Origin: Chlorobiota bacterium
GTDB taxonomy: Bacteria; Bacteroidota; Ignavibacteria; Kapaibacteriales; UBA2268
DNA: 53,960 nt
NCBI GenBank assembly: GCA_041595255.1
Contig: JBFHKR010000002.1
Location: forward strand, 1 to 53,960
Direction of reading: 5' to 3'
Positions 26,601 through 34,754 of the stretch are shown here, piece by piece (the stretch's first letter is position 1; each line of letters begins with the position of its first letter). Both the position numbers and the translations under genes were made by a program. The notes under the pieces are model-generated. The model was not told the origin of the DNA. It did not search any database and saw only the letters and a program-made list of their open reading frames with translations.

Positions 26601-28601
26601 TTCTAAATCAAATATCCCGTTAATTGGTATAGAATCCAACCTATTACCTGCTATTCCGATTAGATATAACATATTTTCAGTTGATAGTCCGATTGATTGC
26701 TTTGAATGATTTATAGAAATGTTATTTAATGGACTTTGAAATGAAACCAATGTTGTCAAGTTATTTCCTGCAACATCCCACCTAACCAAATTACCATTTG
26801 ACAAAGCTACGAATAATGTTGTCCCATTATCTGACCATTCTATGTCGTTTATTTTACTATTGAATACAGTTGAGCTAGTGTTAGATGGATCGTCAGCATC
26901 CCAAATTACTATATTATATTCATTTTCTTTACCAAAAGCAGCAGCTATAAAAGAAGTGTTTACTCCAAATGCTATATCAGATGTATTTATACCAGGATTT
27001 TTATCTCTAAGTTGTGTCTCAATTTTACCATTTTCTAAATTCCAAGTAAAAATACTACCGTCATCAAATGAAACTGCAGCATATCTATTATCGAAAGAGA
27101 GGGTTGCTTTTTTTATTTTTTTTGATTTCTCAATATCAGAAACATATCTAACTTTATCATATTGGACTGTACCACTCGGTATACTGATTTTCATCAACAT
27201 TTCGTTAGAGCTAATTTCTGGTATTTGCCATTTATATTTTTTATTAACCCCTTCTTCAGTAATAGTATTCCATGTTGTACCATTATTAGAACTATATTCT
27301 AATAATACTTGCTGAGTACTAATTACTCCATCCCATTTAACATCTAAATTCTGACCTGGATAATATATCTCATTTCCATTAGGTGATATAACTTCTAATT
27401 TAGTTTCTTGAGAATTACCTTCTTTTTTCCCATTGAAAACATCAATTGATGTCGAAATACACGCATCAGAAATAAGTTCAATTTTCGAGTAGTTATATTC
27501 AGTCGAATTAGATTTTAATTTTAATGTAAATATATTTGGTGAACTATTCTGAAGGATTCTATTCTTGTAATTATTGGGAGTAATTTCATATATAGATTCG
27601 TCAAAAATGATATCATTTAGCAGTATATTTGCATTAATAGCTCGGATAGTTAAAAAGACACTATCAATTTTTCCTGGTTCAACAATACCAAAATTAATAG
27701 GGTTTGGGAAAGCAGTCAAAAAAGGAAATCTATCATTATCATATATAGCATTGTAATTATCTACTATAAGTACATTGTATCTAAGGAGTAGTGAATTATT
27801 AGTCTCACAATTAACAAAGTCATAATTTAATCTATAAGGTATAACACCAGCTTCATTGAAAATAGCATAAATCAAATGAGAATAAAACATTTCTTCGTCA
27901 TCAACTTGAAAGTATTTCCCGTTCGTTTTTGAAGATATACTTTTTAGATTATTTGACGGGTTCTGACTAAACTCATAATTATAAATTACAATTCCGTATT
28001 CGTTGGCTTTATTGCTAATACTTAGACTGTCACCTATAGATTTGCCTCCTGTTAGATTAATAACTAATGACTTTCTATTAGATCTGTTTGCTATATCTAA
28101 GCTACCTGTAGTTTCATTTAGAAACGCTGTATTATAATTACTGACGCCCCTAGTAGAAATGTTATTAATAGCTCTTTCAAGCTTTTTTTCATCATTAGTA
28201 AAGTCTTGCAATAAATACGAAGAGGAATTATAGGATTGTATGGCTATTTCTATTTCGTTATTTAGTAGATTCTTTGCTAGCCTTTTCAGTACACGTTTTA
28301 TTAATTCAATATTTTTTTCATTTTGAATAGAATTATCTATACTCATAACAACCGAAATCGGATTGAAATTTATTTCATTAGGAGCTATTAATTCGAATTC
28401 TTTAATCTTGATATTATTTACTTCCAATTCTAATAGTGATTCATCCAAATTTAAAATGGGTTTATTCTCGTCACTTAGAAAGTAAATTTCCGTACTTCGT
28501 AAAGGATATTCTTTTATTGTAGAATTAACAATCCTTACATCAGTCGAATAAAGATTCGAAAATGAAAATATTAGTAATATATATGATATTGTCAACTTCA
28601 T
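23667..28601 (-). CDS. Giant secreted protein: degenerate vWA domain, WD40-like beta-propeller, many Ig-like (ASH/PapD-like) domains, cohesin-like module, T9SS C-terminal sorting domain
   Basis: 1644 aa. The signal peptide is 'MKLTISYILLIFSFSNLYST'. The N-terminus is colinear with the 8943 ORF, but MIDAS residues are lost ('SIDNSIQ', 'LTGG'). A BNR-like motif is 'LLEYSSNNGTTWNTI'. WD-like repeats include 'ATLSFDNRYAAVSFDDGSIFTWNL' and 'IEWSDNGTTLFVALSNGNLVRWDV'. The tail ends 'GNYLYKLETPSMEIIKKMTIIR'. Confidence 0.8.
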   Translation of the reverse strand: MKLTISYILLIFSFSNLYSTDVRIVNSTIKEYPLRSTEIYFLSDENKPILNLDESLLELEVNNIKIKEFELIAPNEINFNPISVVMSIDNSIQNEKNIELIKRVLKRLAKNLLNNEIEIAIQSYNSSSYLLQDFTNDEKKLERAINNISTRGVSNYNTAFLNETTGSLDIANRSNRKSLVINLTGGKSIGDSLSISNKANEYGIVIYNYEFSQNPSNNLKSISSKTNGKYFQVDDEEMFYSHLIYAIFNEAGVIPYRLNYDFVNCETNNSLLLRYNVLIVDNYNAIYDNDRFPFLTAFPNPINFGIVEPGKIDSVFLTIRAINANILLNDIIFDESIYEITPNNYKNRILQNSSPNIFTLKLKSNSTEYNYSKIELISDACISTSIDVFNGKKEGNSQETKLEVISPNGNEIYYPGQNLDVKWDGVISTQQVLLEYSSNNGTTWNTITEEGVNKKYKWQIPEISSNEMLMKISIPSGTVQYDKVRYVSDIEKSKKIKKATLSFDNRYAAVSFDDGSIFTWNLENGKIETQLRDKNPGINTSDIAFGVNTSFIAAAFGKENEYNIVIWDADDPSNTSSTVFNSKINDIEWSDNGTTLFVALSNGNLVRWDVAGNNLTTLVSFQSPLNNISINHSKQSIGLSTENMLYLIGIAGNRLDSIPINGIFDLEWNKNGSKLFVVYEFRDLRLFSISGQNGNYKLNQDQRIVRNQLSNLTNAEWTSNNSVILQSNGSNILEHWNTDNTKIINIDIHKSNIKTSFANNKMIISSIDTNTALVWNIDDFPFSYRTLDSDISDNLWSIKSKEFDIKEVNLGDLCKNESYYFELSDFFKNKNQPAIRIDSIISSSNEIRILDTFPLELELNESLLLNIIYSPISPGIHRHKLIVFYGNRTDSIFINSNISNIDLNISDNKFEFINTLVNSNKIIRKNIFLNSTNSKIVFDEVEFLLGEEIFSITNDNLTEIKVGENLYLEVSFQPKESGYYSGLIKLSSKDLCSSIFIDLEGNAIRSNIQIVEKVDFGIIGCNVELDTTIFLKNFSLDTIEIVTYNQVSGINSYNIDVNLPKRISPNDSIAININFIDNGIGLFQNTLEFITNLTGDDNKIFVDLIGERDTVNLELLTNKLDFGTIVTNSTVTESIKIVNNSRINYDFELPLLLDKFELINAEPKSIGQGDTSLVTFKFLGNPKDTIIDYKFIYGIGCSHDLVVPLSVIVSDGVPIIGFNNLKDLGTINCHTELLFEITLYNVGSNNLIIDSLYFDGVDSKEFALKNLLTDYIVLPNDSITIALIYTPNELGNISSDLVIRSNASNSIANLNTIRINAFQNKTMLELSANSIEFEGLRSNRKYSRTLKLENTGNTTVNTSFINDIYFEVDSIKPEVLKPNEEATIYISFIGGEINTQYNGIIIIKDDCNREYKINLLADIGGSDYISIRPESITAETGSRVDLTISFINTSGVDIPSNDTISTNLILNSSIIAPIDEKYIGTIINGERIIKLQIPLSGESTLYSIPMVVTLGDTSYSEIRLEESTHLDNGFYIEDIEKGSITVTNIVTIPTDRYIIDYGRAYMTETIPSPVDREARIEYKVIENSNVNISIYDILGNKIKELVNKFHEPGEYSIEINPQILSSGNYLYKLETPSMEIIKKMTIIR

Positions 28602-28790
28602 ATAAGTAATAATACTTTAAAGTTATATTTGTTACTTATTCTATTCAATTATTTCAATTCTATTCCATTTAAGTGTTATATGTTCGATATAAAGAAAATT
28701 GATTTTACAAATTAATAATAGGGAAATGAATAACTTCAACTAATTCAATACTATTATATATTCAAACAATAGTATTGTTTCTATTGAAAA

Positions 28791-29555
28791 TCATAAAATA
28801 CTCATTTTATTTAATAATTTAACAGCCATTGCAGTTATTGCAATAAAAAGCATCAATTTAATAAATCTTTCATCCATTTTCAAAGATAGTTTTGCAGACC
28901 ACCAAGCACCTAGACTAGCACCTATAGAAAGTACTATTCCAGTAACCCAATCTACATTATCAGTTAAAATAAATATGAAAAGTGTCGGAATTGTATTTAT
29001 AAACACTATAAATACTTTATGCATATTAACTCTCTTCATATTTAAATTCAAGACTACACTTAATATAGCCATAATTAGAAACCCTATACCAACCTGTATA
29101 AACCCAGCATAAAAGCCTAGCAATAGCATCAGTGGGTAGGCAATAATAGGAAGTTTTTTTATAGTATCAACGTACTCTTTTTTCTTAGATTTTGGAACAA
29201 ATAAACTTATTGCTACAAAAGCCATAACAGCTACTACTATTATTTGAAAAGATTCTTCGCTTATTTGTGTAGAATAAATAGCTCCAAGTATAGCCCCTGG
29301 TACAGTTAACATTGCTAATTTGAAACTTAGATTTGTATCTTTAAATTTTGATTTTCTAAATGATAAACTCGCAGCCATCGTTTGAGTCAATATTCCAATT
29401 CGGTTAGTTCCATTTGCTACTGACGTATCCATACCCATTAGAATTAGGAAGGGGAGAGTAAGTGTAGAACCCCCTCCGGCTACTACGTTTATAAATCCAG
29501 CAAAATTTCCAAATAGAAACAAAAGCAGATAATCTGTAAACTGATATTCAAACAA
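28791..29555 (-). CDS. TauE/SafE-family anion (sulfite-type) exporter
   Basis: 254 aa, polytopic with about 8 TM helices. The characteristic motif is 'VVAGGGSTLTLPFLILMG'. The two hydrophobic halves are internally repeated. Confidence 0.75.
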   Translation of the reverse strand: MFEYQFTDYLLLFLFGNFAGFINVVAGGGSTLTLPFLILMGMDTSVANGTNRIGILTQTMAASLSFRKSKFKDTNLSFKLAMLTVPGAILGAIYSTQISEESFQIIVVAVMAFVAISLFVPKSKKKEYVDTIKKLPIIAYPLMLLLGFYAGFIQVGIGFLIMAILSVVLNLNMKRVNMHKVFIVFINTIPTLFIFILTDNVDWVTGIVLSIGASLGAWWSAKLSLKMDERFIKLMLFIAITAMAVKLLNKMSIL

Positions 29556-29648
29556 TTGAAATAAATATTAATTAATTATAAAAAAATACGTCACTTTTGT
29601 TCACAAGATAAAATAAATTGAACACTATTCTTTATATTTGTTTTATCT

Positions 29649-30440
29649 ATGGAACTTTTTAGAATAGGATTTTTAAGTGTCACGTTAATTGACCTAGCAG
29701 ATATAGCATTGGTTGCTATTATCTTCTATTGGGTCTATAAGGCTATGCGCGATACGATAGCTGTACAAATTCTTTTCGGTTTGGTAATTCTGATTGGTCT
29801 CCAATTTATTACTGAAGCTGTTAACCTGTCTTCTATCAATTGGATACTAGAGACCATCCAAGATATTTGGATTCTTGCTTTTATAATTCTCTTTCAACCA
29901 GAACTTAGGAAAATGCTTTTACTTCTTACAAGAACTCCATTTTTTATGTTCTTTATGAAGACTAAAGTTTCAGAATCTTTCGATACTGTTTATGAAGCAG
30001 TTTCAGAAATGTCAGATAAACATATAGGAGCATTGCTTGTATTCCCTAGATCTCAGAATGTAAAGATGACAATTGACACAGGAATTCCATTACAAGCTAC
30101 ACTAAGTACTGAATTGCTTCTATCTATATTTTCCACAAAATCACCATTACATGATGGCGCAATTGTTATAGACGGTAATATAATTGCTGCCGCTAGATGT
30201 GTCTTACCTCTTTCTTCAGAAACAAAATATGAAGGGAGAAATTTGGGTACAAGACATAGGGCAGCTTTAGGATTGACTGAACAAATTGATGCTGTTGTAC
30301 TTATTGTTTCAGAGGAAACGGGTTGGATTTCAATAGCTGATAGTGGCGAATTAATGCTAAATGTACCAAAAGAAAAATTAATAAAAACGTTAAAAAATAA
30401 ACTAGAAGATGAGCAGGAAACAAATCCTTCCAAAAAATAG
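29649..30440 (+). CDS. cdaA: Diadenylate cyclase CdaA (membrane-anchored DAC domain)
   Basis: 263 aa with three N-terminal TM helices. DAC motifs are 'HDGAIVIDGNIIAAARCVLPLS' and 'GTRHRAALGLTEQIDAVVLIVSEETG'. Confidence 0.9.
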   Translation: MELFRIGFLSVTLIDLADIALVAIIFYWVYKAMRDTIAVQILFGLVILIGLQFITEAVNLSSINWILETIQDIWILAFIILFQPELRKMLLLLTRTPFFMFFMKTKVSESFDTVYEAVSEMSDKHIGALLVFPRSQNVKMTIDTGIPLQATLSTELLLSIFSTKSPLHDGAIVIDGNIIAAARCVLPLSSETKYEGRNLGTRHRAALGLTEQIDAVVLIVSEETGWISIADSGELMLNVPKEKLIKTLKNKLEDEQETNPSKK

Positions 30441-31347
30441 TATTTTAGTTATAACTGGTCCAACTGCATCTGGTAAAACATCACTTTCTTTAGATTTAGC
30501 AATCACTCTTGAAAGTGAAATAATTTCGGCTGATTCGAGACAAGTTTATAAATACATGGATATATGCACTGCCAAACCAACAAAAGAAGATTTAGACAAA
30601 GTTAATCATCATCTTGTTGATTTTCTTTTACCTAATGAAGAATACAGTGCAGGTAAGTTTGCCATCGATGCAAATAATATTATTAATTCGTTACAAAAAT
30701 TAGAAATAACTCCAATAATTTGTGGAGGTTCTGGCTTTTATATTAAGGCGTTATTTGATGGGTTATTTGATGAAAAAAGTGAAATGAATCCTGAAATAAG
30801 GGTAAAGTTGAATAATGAATTAGAAACACTGGGAATTGAATATTTACAAAAACAATTAGAAAAGTATGATCCAAAGTCATTTACAAAACTTGAATTAGAA
30901 AATCCACACAGGATTATCAGAGCTCTTGAATACTATTACTCTACAGGAGAAACTATTAGTGAAGCATATGAAAATAGGAATTCAATTAAATCAAAATTAC
31001 AACCAATTTATTTTGCTATAGACTATCCTAGAGAACAACTATATGATAGGATTAATTATAGATGTGAACAAATGTGGAATAATGGACTTGTAAATGAATA
31101 TAAAAGTTTAATAAGTTTGGAGTATGATAAAAATCTAAATTCATTAAATACTGTTGGATATAAAGAATCTAGAGATTACTTAGAAGGTAAATATTCAGAG
31201 AATGAAGCCTTGGAAGAATTTAAAAAGAATACAAGAAGATTCGCAAAAAGACAATTGACATGGTTTCGTAAGAATAAAGAAATCAACTGGATAGAAGGGA
31301 AATCAGACAACAAAATTAACCAAATAATCGATATTATTCAAACATGA
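30409..31347 (+). CDS. miaA: tRNA dimethylallyltransferase
   Basis: 312 aa. The P-loop is 'ITGPTASGKTSLS'. Other motifs are 'IISADSRQVYKYMDICTAKPT' and 'PIICGGSGFY'. Its ATG overlaps the cdaA 3' end by 32 nt. Confidence 0.9.
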   Translation: MSRKQILPKNSILVITGPTASGKTSLSLDLAITLESEIISADSRQVYKYMDICTAKPTKEDLDKVNHHLVDFLLPNEEYSAGKFAIDANNIINSLQKLEITPIICGGSGFYIKALFDGLFDEKSEMNPEIRVKLNNELETLGIEYLQKQLEKYDPKSFTKLELENPHRIIRALEYYYSTGETISEAYENRNSIKSKLQPIYFAIDYPREQLYDRINYRCEQMWNNGLVNEYKSLISLEYDKNLNSLNTVGYKESRDYLEGKYSENEALEEFKKNTRRFAKRQLTWFRKNKEINWIEGKSDNKINQIIDIIQT

Positions 31348-32954
31348 AATTTAAATCAGTAATCATATTATTTCTATTATTAGTTTCTACAAATCTATTT
31401 TCACAAAAGAAAAACAGTAAAATTGAAAAAACTGTTGTGATAGAGGAAACCTTCCTACCTCTAATAAGCAAGTCTGACTCTGCCCATTCTATTAAAGCTT
31501 TAACTAGAGATATAGAAAATATAATTCAACGCAATGGATTGTCAAGCGCTGATTATAGTATTGCTGTATATTCTCTAGATGAAGGTAAGTATTTATATAA
31601 AAAAAATGAACAAAAGTCACTAACACCTGCATCTACAACAAAATTAATTACATCATTTGTAGTTTTAAACTTGTTAAAAAATCAACAAATACATACTCCT
31701 ATTTATCATAATGGTAAAATAGAAAAAAATACATTGTACGGAGATCTGATAATTTATGGTAAAGGAGATCCATTACTAACTCAACGTGATTTTGATTCTA
31801 TTGCTGTTGTAATTAAAAACCGGGGTATAAAAACAGTAACTGGTAATATCTATGTGGATGATTCATATTTTGATAACAATACTAGTAGATTTAAATACTC
31901 TAGGGATAATGATGAAGTTGAAGCCCTTGCACCTATTACTCCACTTAGTATAGAGAGGAACAAAGCTCTTGTTACAGTCAGGGGAGGTAGTCCTGGGTCT
32001 TATTTAGATTGTGACATATATCCTAATTCTGAATCATTAAAGTATCTAGTTTATGGTAAAACTACTGGAATGCTAGATAAGATAGATAAAAATTTTCAAA
32101 ACTATATTGAACCTAATGTAATTCAACAATATGGTGATGCTTTCAACTATAATTATGAAGAAAATGATGCTTATAGAGTAACTATAAGTAGTAGCATGAA
32201 CGATGAGAACGAACAGATTTTTATAATTCGTGGGAATTTAAGGAAAGGCAGAAGTAGAGCTTACAGATATTATTTGAAAGATCCTGCTATAGCTACAGCT
32301 GGTGTTCTAAAAGCTAGTTTATCAAGAGCTGGAGTTAAAGTACTTGGTGGATTAGAAAAGTGTTCAGAAAACAAAAATAGCTACGACTCGAAGAATACTT
32401 TAGGAATAATTAGAAGAGATTTATTTGAAGTACTTGATGTGTTGAATAAGAACAGCGATAATTATATTGCAGAAAATCTATTCAAAATAATAGGTGCTCA
32501 TAATCCTTTATATGATGATAACTATTATGGTGCCCAAGATTTAACCTATAAGACTTTAAAACATCAGAAAATACCTATTAACGGTATATATATAAATGAC
32601 GGTTCGGGATTATCAAGAAGAAACTTAGTTACTACAGAAGCTCTAGTTAAAATAATAGAAAACATAAATAAACAATCGTATGGGGAGAGATTTATTCAAT
32701 GTCTTGCAATTGCTGGTGAAGATGGTACTTTGAGAAAGAGAATGAAAAATACGGCTGCTGAAGATATACTAATAGGCAAAACTGGTACTTTACGAAATGT
32801 AAGTGGACTATCAGGAGTAACTACAACGCTAGATGGTGAAAAATTAGCATATGCATTCATTTTCAATGGGAACTCTGTTGGAAAGTATAAAGAAGTAGAA
32901 AATGAATTAGGAGAGTTAATTTCCCAATTCTTTTATTTCAATGAAGAGCATTAA
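31344..32954 (+). CDS. dacB: D-alanyl-D-alanine carboxypeptidase/endopeptidase (PBP4, peptidase S13)
   Basis: 536 aa with a signal peptide. The SxxK motif is 'PASTTKLIT', the SxN motif is 'NSDNYIAENL' and the KTG motif is 'GKTGTLRNVSGLSG'. It has an ATGA overlap with miaA. Confidence 0.85.
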   Translation: MKFKSVIILFLLLVSTNLFSQKKNSKIEKTVVIEETFLPLISKSDSAHSIKALTRDIENIIQRNGLSSADYSIAVYSLDEGKYLYKKNEQKSLTPASTTKLITSFVVLNLLKNQQIHTPIYHNGKIEKNTLYGDLIIYGKGDPLLTQRDFDSIAVVIKNRGIKTVTGNIYVDDSYFDNNTSRFKYSRDNDEVEALAPITPLSIERNKALVTVRGGSPGSYLDCDIYPNSESLKYLVYGKTTGMLDKIDKNFQNYIEPNVIQQYGDAFNYNYEENDAYRVTISSSMNDENEQIFIIRGNLRKGRSRAYRYYLKDPAIATAGVLKASLSRAGVKVLGGLEKCSENKNSYDSKNTLGIIRRDLFEVLDVLNKNSDNYIAENLFKIIGAHNPLYDDNYYGAQDLTYKTLKHQKIPINGIYINDGSGLSRRNLVTTEALVKIIENINKQSYGERFIQCLAIAGEDGTLRKRMKNTAAEDILIGKTGTLRNVSGLSGVTTTLDGEKLAYAFIFNGNSVGKYKEVENELGELISQFFYFNEEH

Positions 32955-32956
32955 TT

Positions 32957-33769
32957 TTGTTAAAAAAGTATCTGATATATTGTTCTCTTATAATGATTGC
33001 TTTAGGCATGGCCTTTCCCATTATATGGATGTTATTATTATCATTCAAAACTAATCCAGAAACTTTAGATAGTACTTCAAAACTTCTCTTTTCCGAATAT
33101 AATCTTAATAACTATAAAGAAGCTCTTACTTCGGATTCTTTTGATATATATATATTTAACTCCCTTTTAGTTTCAGTTATTGTAACTATAGGAAATATTT
33201 TCTTTTGTACAATAACAGGTTACGCTTTAGCTAGAAAAAAATTTAGAGGGAATAAGATAATTCTTATTTCTATAATTGGTGTTATGATGATTCCACCTCA
33301 TGTAATAATGATACCTCTTTATCGAACTATGGTAAATTTTGATTGGATCAATACTTACCAAGCATTGATAATTCCTTGGCTTATTACTCCATTCGGAGTT
33401 TTTCTAGTGAAACAATATTTATCTAATATACCAGAGGCAATAGAACAAGCTGCTGTAATAGATGGTGCAAGCCAATCTCAAATATTATTTAAGATAATAT
33501 TTCCTTTATCTAAACCTATCATTATAGTACTTGCAGTCTATGTTTTTCTAATGAATTGGAACTCATTTCTATTCCCTTTTTTATTTACTAATAATTCCGA
33601 TTATTGGACACTTCCAGTAGGATTAACATTTTATCTTGGCAAACAATCAATAGATTGGGGACACCTGATGTCTGGGGCATCGATGTCTGCTATTCCAATT
33701 ATAATATTATTCATAATATTCCAAAAGCAAATAATAAAAGGGTTAACTGCTGGTGCAATAAAAGAGTAA
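32957..33769 (+). CDS. ABC transporter permease, MalG/UgpE-like (carbohydrate-type), without partner genes
   Basis: 270 aa with 6 predicted TM helices. The EAA loop is 'IEQAAVIDGASQSQILFKIIFPLSKP'. A TTG start lies 2 nt after the dacB stop. Confidence 0.8.
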   Translation: MLKKYLIYCSLIMIALGMAFPIIWMLLLSFKTNPETLDSTSKLLFSEYNLNNYKEALTSDSFDIYIFNSLLVSVIVTIGNIFFCTITGYALARKKFRGNKIILISIIGVMMIPPHVIMIPLYRTMVNFDWINTYQALIIPWLITPFGVFLVKQYLSNIPEAIEQAAVIDGASQSQILFKIIFPLSKPIIIVLAVYVFLMNWNSFLFPFLFTNNSDYWTLPVGLTFYLGKQSIDWGHLMSGASMSAIPIIILFIIFQKQIIKGLTAGAIKE

Positions 33770-33851
33770 TTAAAGCATCAAATATTTTTCTAGTAGCTTA
33801 TAATTACTAAATTGAATTAATAATAATTGTTATAACAAAAAAGGTATTTAA

Positions 33852-34754
33852 ATGGGTTTACTAATATTCGGAATAATTATACTAATTATTGGGTTAACAT
33901 TACAAAAAGATGCACTCCCTTTAGGTAAATTCAAAAGTTTGATTTCAACTGTTGGTATTATTGTTATGGTAATTGGCCTTCTAACAACAACTGTAAAAAT
34001 AGTTGATGCAGGTCATATAGGTGTGAAGAAATTATTTGGTGAAGTTCAAAGTGATATTCTAAACGAAGGTTTAAATTTTGTTAACCCTTTCATTGATGTG
34101 ATAGTACTTACAACACAAACACAAAATTATACAATGTCTTCTGTTAATGAAGAAGGTGAAAAAATAGGAGATGATGCTGTCTCAGTTTTAAGCAAAGACG
34201 GATTGCAAGTAATAATAGATTTGACAGTTTTATATAAAACTAAAGCTGAATCAGCTCCAACAATTATAAAGAAAATAGGTCAAGATTTTAAGGACAAAAT
34301 TATCCGTCCTATTGTTAGATCTCAAATACGAGAAAGTGCTGTTGATTTCGATGCTATAGAACTTTATTCTGATAAAAGGGCTCAATTTGAAAAACAAGTA
34401 AAAGACGCTATTTCAGAAACATTGAACGCTCGAGGTTTTGAGTTAGAGGATATGCTTGTGAGAAAAATTGATTTACCTACAAGTGTGAAGCAAAGTATAG
34501 AAAGAAAGATTACTGCCATTCAAGAGGATCAAAGAATGGTTTATGTATTGGAAAAAGAAATAAAAGAAGCTCAGAGAAAAAGAGAAGAAGCTGCCGGAGT
34601 AGCAGATGCACAGAAGATAATAAATTCTGGATTATCTTCTAAATTAATTGAATTCGAACGTATAAAAGTAATGCAAGAATTAGTAAAGTCAAGTAATTCA
34701 AAAGTAATTGTTTTAGGAAATGGGGATACACCAATAATTCTAGATGGGAAATAA
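33852..34754 (+). CDS. SPFH/band-7 (prohibitin-like) membrane protein
   Basis: 300 aa with N-terminal TM helices. SPFH core motifs are 'VDAGHIGVKKLFGEVQ' and 'LSKDGLQVIIDLTVLY'. The C-terminal coiled coil is 'EKEIKEAQRKREEAAGVADAQKI'. Confidence 0.85.
   Translation: MGLLIFGIIILIIGLTLQKDALPLGKFKSLISTVGIIVMVIGLLTTTVKIVDAGHIGVKKLFGEVQSDILNEGLNFVNPFIDVIVLTTQTQNYTMSSVNEEGEKIGDDAVSVLSKDGLQVIIDLTVLYKTKAESAPTIIKKIGQDFKDKIIRPIVRSQIRESAVDFDAIELYSDKRAQFEKQVKDAISETLNARGFELEDMLVRKIDLPTSVKQSIERKITAIQEDQRMVYVLEKEIKEAQRKREEAAGVADAQKIINSGLSSKLIEFERIKVMQELVKSSNSKVIVLGNGDTPIILDGK

Noticed and set aside
24064-27756. Plus-strand ORFs of 60-157 aa (24064, 26206, 26842, 27574) inside the 1644-aa gene
   Set aside because: They are antisense frames of a long, motif-rich CDS. 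They are Ile/Leu/Ser/Phe-rich with no motifs or SD sites.
28746-28777. Perfect 10-bp inverted repeat caatactatt / aatagtattg downstream of the TauE gene
   Set aside because: The stem is AT-only and no U-tract follows on the minus strand. It is a possible weak terminator or operator, but the support is not enough to call it.
30053-30433. 126-aa minus-strand ORF
   Set aside because: It is antisense to the conserved DAC domain of cdaA.
29649-30440. Diadenylate cyclase as a CBASS-like signalling cyclase
   Set aside because: It has the classic three-TM CdaA architecture and DAC motifs, sits in a housekeeping context and has no effector gene.
30409-30440. The 32-nt cdaA/miaA overlap as evidence of a frameshift or fusion
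   Set aside because: Both proteins are full length with normal termini. The MiaA P-loop follows the ATG at the usual distance, so this is a plain overlap.
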